64,000 nucleotides of DNA, from assembly GCA_963841645.1 (NCBI GenBank), contig CAWJDS010000017.1, forward strand, positions 215,609-279,608, read 5' to 3'. The DNA comes from an uncultured Gammaproteobacteria bacterium. GTDB lineage: Bacteria; Pseudomonadota; Gammaproteobacteria; Steroidobacterales; Rariloculaceae. The notes under the pieces were generated by a model. That model had not been told where the DNA came from. It ran no database searches and saw only the letters and a list, made by a program, of their open reading frames with translations. Of this stretch, positions 19,684-29,846 are shown piece by piece. The stretch's first letter is position 1, and each line of letters opens with the position of its first letter. A program made the translations under genes and the position numbers.

Positions 19684-19727
19684 TTTCAGGATTCCTCTAG
19701 GCTGGCCCGACAACAACAATCCGCGGG

Positions 19728-20292
19728 GTGATCGCCGTGAAATCGTTCGGGACTCGAAGCGGGGCATTCTTGAGCGCGGTGGGTCTCGCCTGGGCCTTCG
19801 CGCTAGCTTCTTCCTCGGCGTGGTCCGCCGAGGAGCTCAAGGCAGAGAACGTGGTCGACCGTCTGCAGATCCAGGACCTGATCACGCGCTACTACAACAA
19901 CTTCGGCCGGGAGAATCCGGAGAACTTCTCCGACTTCTACGCCGACGACGCCGAGCTGATCCTCGGCGACCGGCACTTCAAGGGCAAGGACGGCATCATG
20001 CAGGCCTATGGCCGCGGCCCTCCGCAGGCCGATCAGCCGCCGCGACCACCGCGCCCGACGCGTTATTCGTTCATCGTGACCGTCAGCAATCCGTTGATCG
20101 TCGTCCACGGCAAGACGGCGACGGCTCAGCTCGTCTATACCGAGTACGTCATCGAGAAGCAGGGCGATCCGCTCAAGGTGACCACGCAAGGTAAGGAATA
20201 CAGCACTTTCGTGAAGGTGGACGGCCGCTGGCGTTACAAGACGCGCCAGATCAAGGGCGGCACGCGAGCTGCCGGAAGGCTGGAAAGAGTAG
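19728..20292 (+). pseudogene. secreted NTF2-like (SnoaL/DUF4440-type) protein (frameshift ~20265, close to the 3' end)
   Basis: Signal AFLSAVGLAWAFALASSSAWSA. VVDRLQIQDLITRYYNNFG...VDGRWRYKTRQIKGG is in frame 3. The final ELPEGWKE-stop (TAG 20290-20292) is in frame 1. Confidence 0.65.
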
Positions 20293-20339
20293 GGCGACTC
20301 CGTCGCCTCACGCGACCGTTTTCAACGAGGGGGAAGATC

Positions 20340-21915
20340 ATGAGCATGAGCTACTCGAGAAGCGGCACCGCTGCCGCATTGCTCTGCGCGCTGAGCTTCG
20401 CGGCGACCGCGCAAGTCACGACCGCTCGCGTGAGCGGCGGACAGCTCGAAGGAACCGCCGCGAACGGCGTCGCGGCGTTCAAGGGCATCCCGTTCGCAGC
20501 GCCCCCGGTCGGCGATCTGCGCTGGAAGAAGCCGGCGCCGGTCGTCGCGTGGAGCGGTGTGAAGAAGGCGAGCGCCTACGCGCCCGCCTGCATGCAAGAC
20601 GCGAACATGCTGAAGTTCATCGGCGCGCCCGAGGGCGTGAGCGAGGACTGCCTCTACTTGAACGTCTGGACCCCGGCGAAGACCGCGAGCGAGCAGCTGC
20701 CCGTGATGGTCTGGATCTACGGCGGCGGTTTCGCGGCCGGCGCGACGAGCTCCGCGACCTACGACGGCACGCGGCTCGCACAGAAGGGCGTCGTGCTCGT
20801 GAGCGTCGCGTATCGCGTCGGGCCGTTCGGGTTTCTCGCGCATCCGGATCTCAGTCGCGAGAGCGGACATGGGTCCGGCAACTACGGTCTGCAGGACATG
20901 ATCGCGAGCCTCGAATGGGTCAAGGCGAACATCGCGCAGTTCGGCGGCGACCCGCGGAACGTGACGATTTTCGGCGAGTCGGCCGGCGGCATCGCGGTCA
21001 GCATGCTCGGCGCATCGCCGGCCGCGAAGGGTCTGTTCGCGAAGGCGATCTCCGAGAGCGGCGGCAACTTCGCGCCGCCGCGTCATGCGGCCGAGGGCGG
21101 GCAGCAGACGCCGACGCTCGCGGTCGCCGAGCAGGCCGGCACGAATCTGTTCGCGAAGCTCGGCGCGAAGTCGATCGCCGACGCGCGCAAGGTATCTGCC
21201 GAAGATCTCCAGAAGGCGCTGCCGCCTGGGCTCGGCGGCGGTTTCTGGCCCAACTTCGACGGCGACGTGCTGCCGACCGATCAATACATGCTTTACAGCG
21301 CGGGCAAGTTCAACGACACGCCGGTGCTGATCGGCACGAACTCCGACGAAGGCGCGTTGTTCTCGCGCGGCAGCACGACGTCCGCCGCGTACGAGAAGAT
21401 GATCCGCGACGGTTACGGCGACGGCGCCGACAAGATCCTCGCCGCGAATCCGCACGCGAGCGACGCGGACGCGGCCACTGCGACGAAGAACATCATGCGC
21501 GACAGCTTGTTCGCGTGGTCGACGTGGACGTGGGCGCGACTCCAGTCGTCGAAGGGCAAGGGCGCGGCGTACGTCTACTATTTCGATCACCGCACGCCGC
21601 GAGACGCCGGCCGGCGCGACGCACGCTGCGGAGCTCGGCTACGTGTTCCGCACGCTCGACGCGCGCGGCGGCCAGCCGCGCGCCGAGGACACTGCGATGT
21701 CGGAGCTCGTGAGCAGCTATTGGGTGAACTTCGCGAAGACGGGCGATCCGAACGGCGCCGGTCTACCGAAGTGGCCCGCGTTCACGCAAGGCGAGCAGCA
21801 GGCGATGGTGTTCGACGCGAAGTCGAGCGCTCGGCAGCTGCCGAACTTGCCGCAGCTCGAAGCGCTCGACAGCTACTACGCGTGGCGGCGCTCGCAGTCG
21901 CCGCACCACCACTGA
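20340..21915 (+). pseudogene. carboxylesterase/lipase type B family (one frameshift ~21600 as read)
   Basis: FKGIPFAAPPVGDLRWKKP, EDCLYLNVWTP, PVMVWIYGGGF, FGGDPRNVTIFGESAGG (nucleophile elbow GESAG). The C-terminal part AELGYVFRTLD...YWVNFAKTGDPNG is in ORF 21643-21915. gaggggg lies upstream of ATG 20340. Confidence 0.85.
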
Positions 21916-21993
21916 GGTCTTGCGCCGCCGCGCCGGGCGGCGCGGCGGACGCGCGACGCGGCGCGTCGGCCGGACGCGCCGTCGCTGTCGGGC

Positions 21994-23453
21994 TCAGCCG
22001 CCCGTTTGCTTCTTGAACGTCACCGTCGTGCCGCCCTGAATGCTGAACACGATGCCGGTGATCGTGCCGTCGTCGGCGAGCTTGCCCGAGACGTTCCACG
22101 GGTCGACGTTCGGGAACGTGAAGTCGACCTGTCGTCCGTCGACCTTGAAGTTGCGGAGCGGCTTGTCGATCTTGCCTAGGTTCGTGCCGATCAGCTTGCC
22201 GTTCACGGTGCCGTCCTTGTTCTTCGTGAACTCGAGCTCGATGTTGACGTCGATCGTCGGAATCTTCGGTGTGCCGACCCAACGTCCAGCCAACAGGTTC
22301 GCGACGTCCGCGGCCACGGTGACCGGCGGCTGCGCGCGGCTCGGGCTTCGGGTGCGCGCGCTCGTAGCGGTTCGTCGTCACGTAGTTGTGCACGATCTGG
22401 TTGTCTTCGTGGCACGCGTACTCCGGCATGATGTAGTTCGCGTTGTTCCGCATCGGGTAGCGCACCGTGAACGGCGCCGTGAGGACGTCAGGGTCCTCCG
22501 TCTTGATCTCGTAGAGCCAGGTGCTGTCGTTGAGCCGCACGATCCGCTCCGTGGTCTTCAGCTTGTCGCTGATCGGAAACCGGTTGCCGGCCGGCGACCC
22601 GACCACGGCCAAGTTGATCAGCGGTTGGTTGACCGACGGTTCGGTGCGGAAGTTGGTCGTCTCCACGACGAGCGTCGTCCCCTCCCAGTGGCCGCGCGAC
22701 ACACCGAGATACTGCTTGACGTTGGGATCGAGCGGCTTGCGACCGTCCGTCGGGATGACGCGCGCCTCGTGGATCATCTCGACGTTGAACACGACGTAGC
22801 CCGGCCCCTGCTCGATTCTGAATCCGCCGTTGTAGCGATACGGCATCATCATCGACGGCAAGCCGCGCGTGACGCAGCGGTCCCAGCTGTCGAAATCCTT
22901 GGCCGACTGGAAGTTGATGTTCTCGCCCGGCAGCGCCCAGTCGCTGCCCACCTTGAGCGCGAGGCTCTTCGCGGCGGGCGTCAGCGCCGGCAGCATCCCG
23001 TTCGGCGGATCGACGATCAGGTTGGTCTGCCGTTGCGGGATGTTCGGATCCGTGAGACCCGCGAGCAGCGCACCGCCGAAGTTGCCTTGCTTTGCTAGTT
23101 GTTGGCTTCGGTCGCCGCGCGCCGCGACGGCCTCGACGCGCTGCTTGTATTCCTCTTCGGTGAGCCATTTCTTGTTCGGGTCGCACGGGCGGTGCGCCGG
23201 GCCGGTAGCTGTTCGCGCAGCGCTCGAGCGGGACACCCGACGCCTGCATCATGTCGAGCTTGGCGCGAATATCGGGCTCGCCCCAAGGCATCATCGGGTT
23301 CTTCCAACCCTTCGGGGTCTCCACGAAGTGGTTGGCCTCGCTCGCCGCGCCGCGAATGGAATCGTTGATTTGCGCGTAGGCTGAGGTCGCAAGGGCCAAC
23401 GTCGTCGCCGCGAACGTGAGTCTGAGCGTCGATTTGATCGGATACATAGTCAC
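21994..23453 (-). pseudogene. exported hypothetical protein (two frameshifts as read)
   Basis: Signal MTMYPIKSTLRLTFAATTLALATSAYA. The core WDRCVTRGLPSMMMPYRYNGGFRIEQGPGYVVFNVEMIHEARVIP...HWEGTTLVVETTNF...EYACHE is paralogous to the C-terminal domain of 13604-14647. The C-terminal 107-aa piece is ORF 21994-22317. Confidence 0.6.
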
Positions 23454-23529
23454 GCCTGTGCCCCCGGTTGAGATCCAAATAGAGTACGCCTACGCGTGCC
23501 CTAACGAAATGCTGTAAGGCGTGCGAAGG

Positions 23530-24487
23530 TTACGGATTCGACTTCGTCTTGAAGAAAGACCAGGCTTCCTCGGCGGCCTCGAAGTCCTGGTTCTGTACGC
23601 CCACGATGCGCGTGTAGAGCGCCGGGTAGTGGAAGCGTCTGCTCGGCTCGACGTGGCCGCCGTTATCGATCGTGATCACGACGACTTGCGGCCCGACGTC
23701 CGGGCCATACGTGACTCTGCGCGCGCGCGTCGTGTCGTCGCCGTCGTGCGGGAACGAGGCTTCGACCGGCTTCGCGCTCTCGAGACCGTCGGCGCGTAGC
23801 CAGAAGTCGCGCGTTGCGGCGACGCTCACCACGCTGCCGCGGTCGCGGCGCTCGCCGAAGCCGACGCCGCCCCCGTGTAGGGGACGAGCGGGTCCTGGGT
23901 CCCGTGGATCAGGACACCGGCCGTGGCGCGCCCGCGCACTCCGACTTTGCTGCCATCGTGCCCGCGACGGCGGCGACGGCGGCCGGCGCGGGCTGCATCT
24001 CGAGCGCGAGCCGCAGCGTCATGATCGCGCCGTTCGACATGCCCATCACGTAGATGCGCTTCGCGTCGGCTCGACCATCGTCGACGAGCTTCTTCGCGAC
24101 GCGCGACGCGAACGCGACGTCGTCGGTTTGCGGATTGTCGTCGGCGTCGCTGCGGCAGTCGTGCCAGCCCGTGCGGTTGTCGGAGCCTTTGAGTCCCTGG
24201 AGCGCCGCGACGAGCACGTTGTCGCGCTCCGCGATGTCGAGCCATGCCGACAGCGGCGACGGCACGCGGCCGCCGCCGAGCGCGTTCGCGGCCGTGCCGA
24301 GGTGGCCGTGCAGCACGAGCACGAGCGGGCGCGGTGCCGCGGGTGACCGCTCCGGCGCGACGAGCAGATACTCGCGCTGCGTGCCAGAGGATTCGATTCG
24401 TTGCGGTGCCGGCTCGGCAGCTGGGGCTGGCGAGGTCGCGAGAAACGTCGCGAGGAGCCAGCTGACGGCTAGTGGACGTGATGTCAT
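23530..24487 (-). pseudogene. PHB-depolymerase-family (LpqC-like) esterase, exported (about two frameshifts as read)
   Basis: Signal MTSRPLAVSWLLATFLATSPAPA. PLVLVLHGHLGTA, DDVAFASRVAKKLVDDGRADAKRIYVMGMSNGAIMTLRLALE, VLIHGTQDPLVPY, and the C-terminal ORF 23530-23832. Confidence 0.75.
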
Positions 24488-24612
24488 GTCGCGGCTATCG
24501 CTTCTCGGACGGCATGCTAGCAAGCTGCGCCGGACCGAGCACCCCAAAAAAGGGCGGGGCCTTGGCAGGCCCCGCCGCGAGTCGCGCTCTAGCGCGAGAA
24601 CAGAAGCTGGAT

Positions 24613-25255
24613 CTAGCGCTGCACCGACGCACTCGCCGCCGCGTCGCCCGAGGCCGATGCATCGACGTTGCGGCCGCTGCGCGACGCGCTCGCCTGCGCG
24701 TTGCCGTCGGCCGCCGCCGAGACGTTCGAGACACGCGGCGACGCGTTCGCAGGCTCGCCGGCCGGCGCGATCTTCTGGGTGCGTTGCGCAGTCGCTTGCG
24801 TCGCACCGCTCAGCGTGCCCGCCGCGTTGACCCCCGACGGCTGCTCCGCGGACGGCGCCGTCGCACCGCGCTGCACGCCGGCGCCGAGCGCCGAGCCGAG
24901 CGAGCTCGCGCTGCCGGCGCTGCCGGAGGCGTTGCTCGAAGCGGTCGCCGAGCTCGATTGGGCGGCGTCGCGCGCTTCGCGCACGCCGGTGCTCGCCGTC
25001 GTCTCCGCGCCGTTCTTCACGCGGCGACCGGCATGGCTCGCTGTTCCGGTTACGCCGTTCATTCTCGACGCGTCGGCGCCGATCGATCCGCCCATCGTCG
25101 CCTGACCTGCGCCGCCGAACGCACCGTGGCTGGCCGATAGCGCGCCGCCGAGCGCCGCCTCCGGCGTTGCCCCCGAGCAGTTGGGCATGCGCAGGCATCG
25201 CGCAGGAAAGCACCGCCACCACAGCACTCGCGATCAAAACATACTTCGTGTTCAT
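24613..25255 (-). pseudogene. secreted Ala/Ser/Gly-rich low-complexity protein (~210 aa; one frameshift at the C5 run 25170-25174)
   Basis: MNTKYVLIASAVVAVLSCAMPAHAQLL, then after the frame change GATPEAALGGALSASHGAFGGAGQATMGG...SSATASSNASGSAGSASSLGSALGAG...ASASGDAAASASVQR-stop (ORF 24613-25227). Lies 126 nt downstream of the S8 peptidase gene on the same strand. Confidence 0.5.
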
Positions 25256-25381
25256 GGTCCTCGTCTCCTCCATGTCCGCGAACCATTCGCGGCCTTCTGG
25301 GGAGTACTACGACCCGGGTCGGCGGTTTCTTCCCTTCTACGAGAGCGAGCCGCACGGCCGCGGTCAGCCGCGCGATTTGAC

Positions 25382-26761
25382 TTAACGCCGCGCCGAGCCT
25401 GCAACGGTCGTGGAGGCGGGCGGCCCGACGAGCGCGACGACCGGCTCAGTGCGTACCGCGCCGCCGACGAGTCCATTGCCATAGGTCTCGTCGACGCCTT
25501 TCGCGCCGAGGTCGACGGCTTGCGCGACGAGCTCTGCGACGGCCTGCCGCGCAGCTCGAGCGTCCGGCTCGCGCATGCGCGCAGCGAGCAGCCCCGCAAC
25601 GATCGGAGCCGCGAACGAGGTGCCACGAACTGCCGCGAACGACGGCGCGAGCAGGGCGGCCGCCATGTCGGCGCCCGGCGCCGCGAAGGTCACTTGCGGA
25701 CCGCGGCACGCTTCCACGAGCGCCTTTTGCCGCGCATCGACGCCCGTCACGCCGACGACGCCGGGATAGGCCGCGGGATATAGCGGCGCAGCCGCCGGTC
25801 CGTCGTTGCCGACGGCGGCGACGACGATGAAGCCGCGCGCGATGACGGCTCGCACGGCGCCTTCGAGCGCGACGTTGCGCGGACCGACGAGGCTCACGTT
25901 GATGACAGGCACGCGCTCGTGCGCGATCCAGCTGATCGCTTCGACGACCGCGTCGACGGCGCCGCCGTCGGCGAGCCCGCAGTAGACGTCCGCGGCATAG
26001 AGCTCCGCGTCCGGCGCTGCGCCGTGAAACCGCTCCGACCGGCCGATCAGCAGCGATGCGACCGCCGTGCCGTGCGCACTCGGGATCGCCTTGTCTGCGC
26101 ACCCGTGCTGATGAATCAGCGCGTCCTTGAATACCGGATGCGTCGCGTCGACGCCGCCGTCGACGAGCCCGATGCGCGTGGCCACCGGTGCGGTCGGCGC
26201 GGCGCGCTCGGTCGCTGGCTCGACGTTTGCGGGCGAAACGGCCTCGGTATCGACGTCGCCGCTATCGAGATAGATGTGATTGAAGTCGTACGCGCCGCTC
26301 GGATCGAGCGCCCGCAGACGCGCGAGCGCGCGGCGCGTCGACAACCCGGCTGGCGCGCGCAGCACGACGATGCGCGCGTCGAGCCCGTCGAGCACATTGT
26401 CGCGCAGCACGACGAATCCGGCGGCGCGCGCGGCGGCGATCGCGGTGTCGGTTGGCGAGAACGCGACGATCTCGGCGCGCATCACCGGGGCGCCGTTCGG
26501 GTCGCGCTCGACGGTTGGGCGCTGGGTTCGCAGCAGCTCGCGGATGCGCACGTCGCGCAAGCTCGTGAGCCGCCGCACGTCGAGGTCGCGCGCGACGCCG
26601 TTCGCGGTGCCGGTAACCGGGTCGCCGATGCTCGGCAGGGTCACGCCGGGCACCGTCGGGGCAGGCAAGCGCGGCAGCTGCGCGAGCGCGGCCGGCGAGA
26701 GCGCGAGCATCGCGCCAACGGACAAGAGACCCGCTCCGAGTTTGATCCGGCCGTTGCGCAT
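25382..26761 (-). CDS. S8 family (subtilisin-like) serine peptidase, exported
   Basis: Catalytic triad contexts IGLVDGGVD (Asp), SAHGTAVASLL (His), RGTSFAAPIVAG (Ser), plus VAAVGNDG. Signal peptide LGAGLLSVGAMLALSPAALA. Intact 459 aa. Confidence 0.85.
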   Translation of the reverse strand: MRNGRIKLGAGLLSVGAMLALSPAALAQLPRLPAPTVPGVTLPSIGDPVTGTANGVARDLDVRRLTSLRDVRIRELLRTQRPTVERDPNGAPVMRAEIVAFSPTDTAIAAARAAGFVVLRDNVLDGLDARIVVLRAPAGLSTRRALARLRALDPSGAYDFNHIYLDSGDVDTEAVSPANVEPATERAAPTAPVATRIGLVDGGVDATHPVFKDALIHQHGCADKAIPSAHGTAVASLLIGRSERFHGAAPDAELYAADVYCGLADGGAVDAVVEAISWIAHERVPVINVSLVGPRNVALEGAVRAVIARGFIVVAAVGNDGPAAAPLYPAAYPGVVGVTGVDARQKALVEACRGPQVTFAAPGADMAAALLAPSFAAVRGTSFAAPIVAGLLAARMREPDARAARQAVAELVAQAVDLGAKGVDETYGNGLVGGAVRTEPVVALVGPPASTTVAGSARR

Positions 26762-26840
26762 GCGGTCACATTAGTCGAATGTTTGGCCGGCAGGGAGGCT
26801 CGGAAGAAAATCACCTCGCCGATCGTAGTGAGATTGAGAC

Positions 26841-27347
26841 ATGGGTCACGCGCCTGAAGCGGTGCAACGGCAACTCGTCGAGATTCTGCCTCGGCTGCGG
26901 CGCTTTGCACGCACGCTGACGAGGAACTCGCACGACGCCGACGACCTCGTGCAACTCGCGGTCGAGCGCGCATTGTCGCGGCTCGATCAGTGGCGGCCCG
27001 ACTCGAGGTTGGATAGCTGGATGTTCGGCATCATTCGCAACGCGTGGATCGACGAGACGCGCGCGCAGAAGCGACGCAATCGCTTGTTCACCGTCGCCGA
27101 GGCCGGCGAGAACGTCGCCGATGCCGCGAGCGAGGCGCACATCCATCGCCTGTCCGTCGAGGCGGCTCTCGAGCGGTTGCCGGAGGAGCAGCGCATGGTC
27201 GTGGCGCTCGTGCTGATCGAGGGCTACGCGTACAAGGAAGCGGCCGCGGTGCTCGAAGTGCCGATCGGCACCGTCACGAGCCGGCTCGCGCGAGCGCGCG
27301 AAACGCTCGAGGCTCTGCTCGGTGGAGCGGAAGGAGGTTTGCCGTGA
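26841..27347 (+). CDS. ECF-type RNA polymerase sigma-70 factor
   Basis: Region 2 DADDLVQLAVERALSRLDQW...SWMFGIIRNAWIDETR. Region 4 LPEEQRMVVALVLIEGYAYKEAAAVLEVPIGTVTSRLARARETL. Confidence 0.9.
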   Translation: MGHAPEAVQRQLVEILPRLRRFARTLTRNSHDADDLVQLAVERALSRLDQWRPDSRLDSWMFGIIRNAWIDETRAQKRRNRLFTVAEAGENVADAASEAHIHRLSVEAALERLPEEQRMVVALVLIEGYAYKEAAAVLEVPIGTVTSRLARARETLEALLGGAEGGLP

Positions 27348-28117
27348 GCATTCCCGACGAAAAGCTGATGGCGTATGCGGACGGCGAGCTCGACGCTGTC
27401 GAGCGCGCGCAAGTCGAGGCGGCGATCGACGCCGATCCATCGCTCGCCCGCCGTGTCGAGAACCATCGCGCGCTGCGGTCGAAGGTGAGCAGCGCGTACG
27501 ACTCGGTGCTCGACGAGCCGGTCCCCGAGCGTCTGCTGAATGCAGTCCGCGGTAAGTCGACCGCCGCCCCCGACAACCGAGTCGCGGATTTCGGTCGGGC
27601 TTGGGCGGCGCGCAGCCAAGACAAGGTTGTCGTGCGCGCGGCCTGGGGCTTACCGCAGTGGGGCGCGATCGCGGCGAGCGTCGCCGTCGGCATCGTCGTC
27701 GGCCGAGGCGTGCTCATGTCGCCGCGAGGTTCGGTCGGCCCGATCGGCACGGAAGGCGGCGTTCTCGTTGCGCACGCGGCCCTCGACGAAGCGCTTACGA
27801 ACCAGCTCGCGAGCGAGCAGTCACGCTCGGCGTCCGTGCAGATCGGCGTGAGCTTCCGTGCGAAGGGCGGCGAGCTATGTCGCACGTTCTCGATCCGCCA
27901 GGCGGACACGTTGAGCGGCCTTGCCTGCCGCGAAACGAACGCGTGGAGCGTGCGGGTGCTCGCGCGCGCCGAGGGCGGGCAGACGCGGCCCGGGAACTAT
28001 CAACAGGCCGGCTCCGAGATGGCGGTGGCTGTGCGCGAGACCGTCGACGCTGAGATCGCAGACGAGCCGCTCGATGCCGCGGCCGAAGCGGCGGCTCGGA
28101 AGAACGGCTGGAAATAG
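27344..28117 (+). CDS. membrane-spanning anti-sigma factor (partner of the ECF sigma)
   Basis: The GTG overlaps the sigma stop (GTGA), with aaggagg upstream. N-terminus LMAYADGELDAVERAQVEAAIDADPSLARRVENHRAL. Single TM segment WGAIAASVAVGIVVGRGVL. Periplasmic C-terminal domain with two Cys. Confidence 0.75.
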   Translation: MSIPDEKLMAYADGELDAVERAQVEAAIDADPSLARRVENHRALRSKVSSAYDSVLDEPVPERLLNAVRGKSTAAPDNRVADFGRAWAARSQDKVVVRAAWGLPQWGAIAASVAVGIVVGRGVLMSPRGSVGPIGTEGGVLVAHAALDEALTNQLASEQSRSASVQIGVSFRAKGGELCRTFSIRQADTLSGLACRETNAWSVRVLARAEGGQTRPGNYQQAGSEMAVAVRETVDAEIADEPLDAAAEAAARKNGWK

Positions 28118-28180
28118 CAGCCGCTCGGACTGTTCGCCTGTCGTCGCAACGGCGCGACCCTACTTCACCACGCTTACGAA

Positions 28181-29758
28181 CTAGCGCGCCGAGCTGAACA
28201 CCGTTCTGCCGCCGACCATCGTCAGCGTCGGCTTGATTCGTCTGATTTCGGCCGCCGGCACGGTCATGTAGTCGCGGTCGAGCACGACGAGGTCCGCCTG
28301 CTTGCCGACCTCGAGCGATCCGAGCGTGTTTTCCTGGAAGAACAGGTACGCATTCGAGCGCGTGTGTGCGATCAGCGCTTCCTCCCGCGTCAGCGTCTCG
28401 TCGAGCACGCGGTTGCCGCCGACGTCGAGCCCGCTCACGAGCCAGCCGAGCGTCACGAATGGGTTGTAGTGCGACACGATCGTCGCGTCGGTTCCGAGGC
28501 CGAACACGATGCCGCTATCGGCGATCTGCCGCAGCGGCATGTGCGCGCCGGCTTGCATAGCAGCGCCATGCACGCCGAGCGTGAGCCCCATGGCCTTCGC
28601 GCGTGCAATGTTCTTCGGTGAGATGTCGTACACGTGGCCGAGCGTCCAGCGCAAGCCGTTCAACGGCTGCGTTGCGTTCACCTTCTCCAGAGTATCGAGC
28701 AAGTCGGTGACGGCCGAGTTGTTGATCACGTGCTGATGGACGTGCCAGCCCGCGCGTGCCGCGACCGTGGCAAGCTTGCCGTACTCGGTCATGATCTCCG
28801 CGGGCCACGGGTCCTTGCGCGGCGCGAGGTCGAAGAACGGCCCATAGAGCACCTCGGCGAGGCCGAAGATGCCGTGCTGGCCGTCGAACTGATTCGGGCG
28901 CGTGCGTGCAATGAGCTCCGCGGCCTTGGCCGCCGACGCGGAATCGTGCGCGTCGTACGCGAGCGTCTCCCAGAGCCGAACCGGTAGCGGACCCTTAGCG
29001 GCTCGGGCCGCGAGGAGGGACGACTGTCCGAGACTGTAGACGCCCGTCAGACCGACGGAATTTAGCTCTTGCAAGAAGTCCGTGAGGTTCTGCTCGAGCT
29101 GCGCGGGCGACGTCGACGGCATCGCATCGTAGAGCGCGTAGGGGGGCTGGAACGACACGAGGCCGGTCGCGTTGCGTCGCGCGCCGTCGGCTGGGTCGAG
29201 CTTCACCGACTCGAGCGCAAGGCTGTTCGCGTAAACGACCGCATAGCCTTCTTGCACGAAGAGTGGATTCTTCGGCGCGACGCCGTCGAGCTCGGCCAGC
29301 GTGAAGCCGCCCGGCGCGTCGGCGAACTGCCGCGGCGTCCAACCGCCTTGCACCATGATCCAATCGCCGGGGTTCAAGGCTCTTGCTTTCGCCGCGAGCA
29401 ACGCGAGCGCGTCGTGTCTCGAGTCGACGCCTTCGAAACGCACCTGCTGTTGCCACGTCTGCACCGCGCGCGTGAAATGGAAGTGGTTGTCGATGAGCCC
29501 CGGGATCACGGTCGCGCCCGCGACGTCGATGACCTTCGTGTCGCGCCCCGCGTAGCGACGCATCTCCGCGCTCGTGCCGCGCGCGACGATCCGCCCGTCC
29601 TTGATCGCGAGCGCCTCGACGATGCCGAAGCTCGCGTCGACCGTGAGTATCTGGCCGTTCGTGACGACTGTGTCGGCGCTCTGCTGTGCGAGCGCAGCCC
29701 CCGACGTCGAGAGCAACGCGAGCACGAGCCCGAGGCTCGCCGAGTTCGTTCGATTCAT
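28181..29758 (-). CDS. exported amidohydrolase (amidohydrolase-3/YtcJ-like)
   Basis: Signal SLGLVLALLSTSGAALA. GATVIPGLIDNHFHFTRA, HVHQHVINN, LGVHGAAM, GLGTDATIV, GSLEVGKQADLVVLDRD. Intact 525 aa. Confidence 0.85.
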   Translation of the reverse strand: MNRTNSASLGLVLALLSTSGAALAQQSADTVVTNGQILTVDASFGIVEALAIKDGRIVARGTSAEMRRYAGRDTKVIDVAGATVIPGLIDNHFHFTRAVQTWQQQVRFEGVDSRHDALALLAAKARALNPGDWIMVQGGWTPRQFADAPGGFTLAELDGVAPKNPLFVQEGYAVVYANSLALESVKLDPADGARRNATGLVSFQPPYALYDAMPSTSPAQLEQNLTDFLQELNSVGLTGVYSLGQSSLLAARAAKGPLPVRLWETLAYDAHDSASAAKAAELIARTRPNQFDGQHGIFGLAEVLYGPFFDLAPRKDPWPAEIMTEYGKLATVAARAGWHVHQHVINNSAVTDLLDTLEKVNATQPLNGLRWTLGHVYDISPKNIARAKAMGLTLGVHGAAMQAGAHMPLRQIADSGIVFGLGTDATIVSHYNPFVTLGWLVSGLDVGGNRVLDETLTREEALIAHTRSNAYLFFQENTLGSLEVGKQADLVVLDRDYMTVPAAEIRRIKPTLTMVGGRTVFSSAR

Positions 29759-29813
29759 TTCTCATCCGCCCATCTGTTGCCGGTGAGCATTATGTTCCAC
29801 CGGAGAAATCGCG

Positions 29814-29846
29814 CACGCGCGCGAAGCAGGATCTCTCGCGCGCGTG
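29814..29846. promoter_or_regulatory. 11-bp perfect GC-rich inverted repeat (cacgcgcgcga-N11-tcgcgcgcgtg) in the divergent region upstream of the kinase/RRE operon
   Basis: Read directly. All 11 pairs are Watson-Crick. It lies between the amidohydrolase start (29758) and the operon, next to the lowest-GC stretch of the region (29875-29955). Operator or attenuator role is inferred only. Confidence 0.3.

Noticed and set aside
20322-21590. 422-aa minus-strand ORF and 387-aa plus-strand off-frame ORF
   Set aside because: They are shadows of the carboxylesterase gene and have no motifs.
24613-25255. Low-complexity Ser/Ala/Gly region as a tandem DNA repeat or CRISPR-like array
   Set aside because: No exact or periodic nucleotide repeat units are visible. 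It reads as a compositionally biased coding sequence with a signal peptide.
26802-26829. GGAAG-N17-CGTA, an ECF-type promoter look-alike upstream of the first ECF sigma gene
   Set aside because: The -10-like element ends only ~11 nt before ATG 26841, which fits neither a leadered nor a cleanly leaderless transcript. A single occurrence cannot be evaluated by eye.
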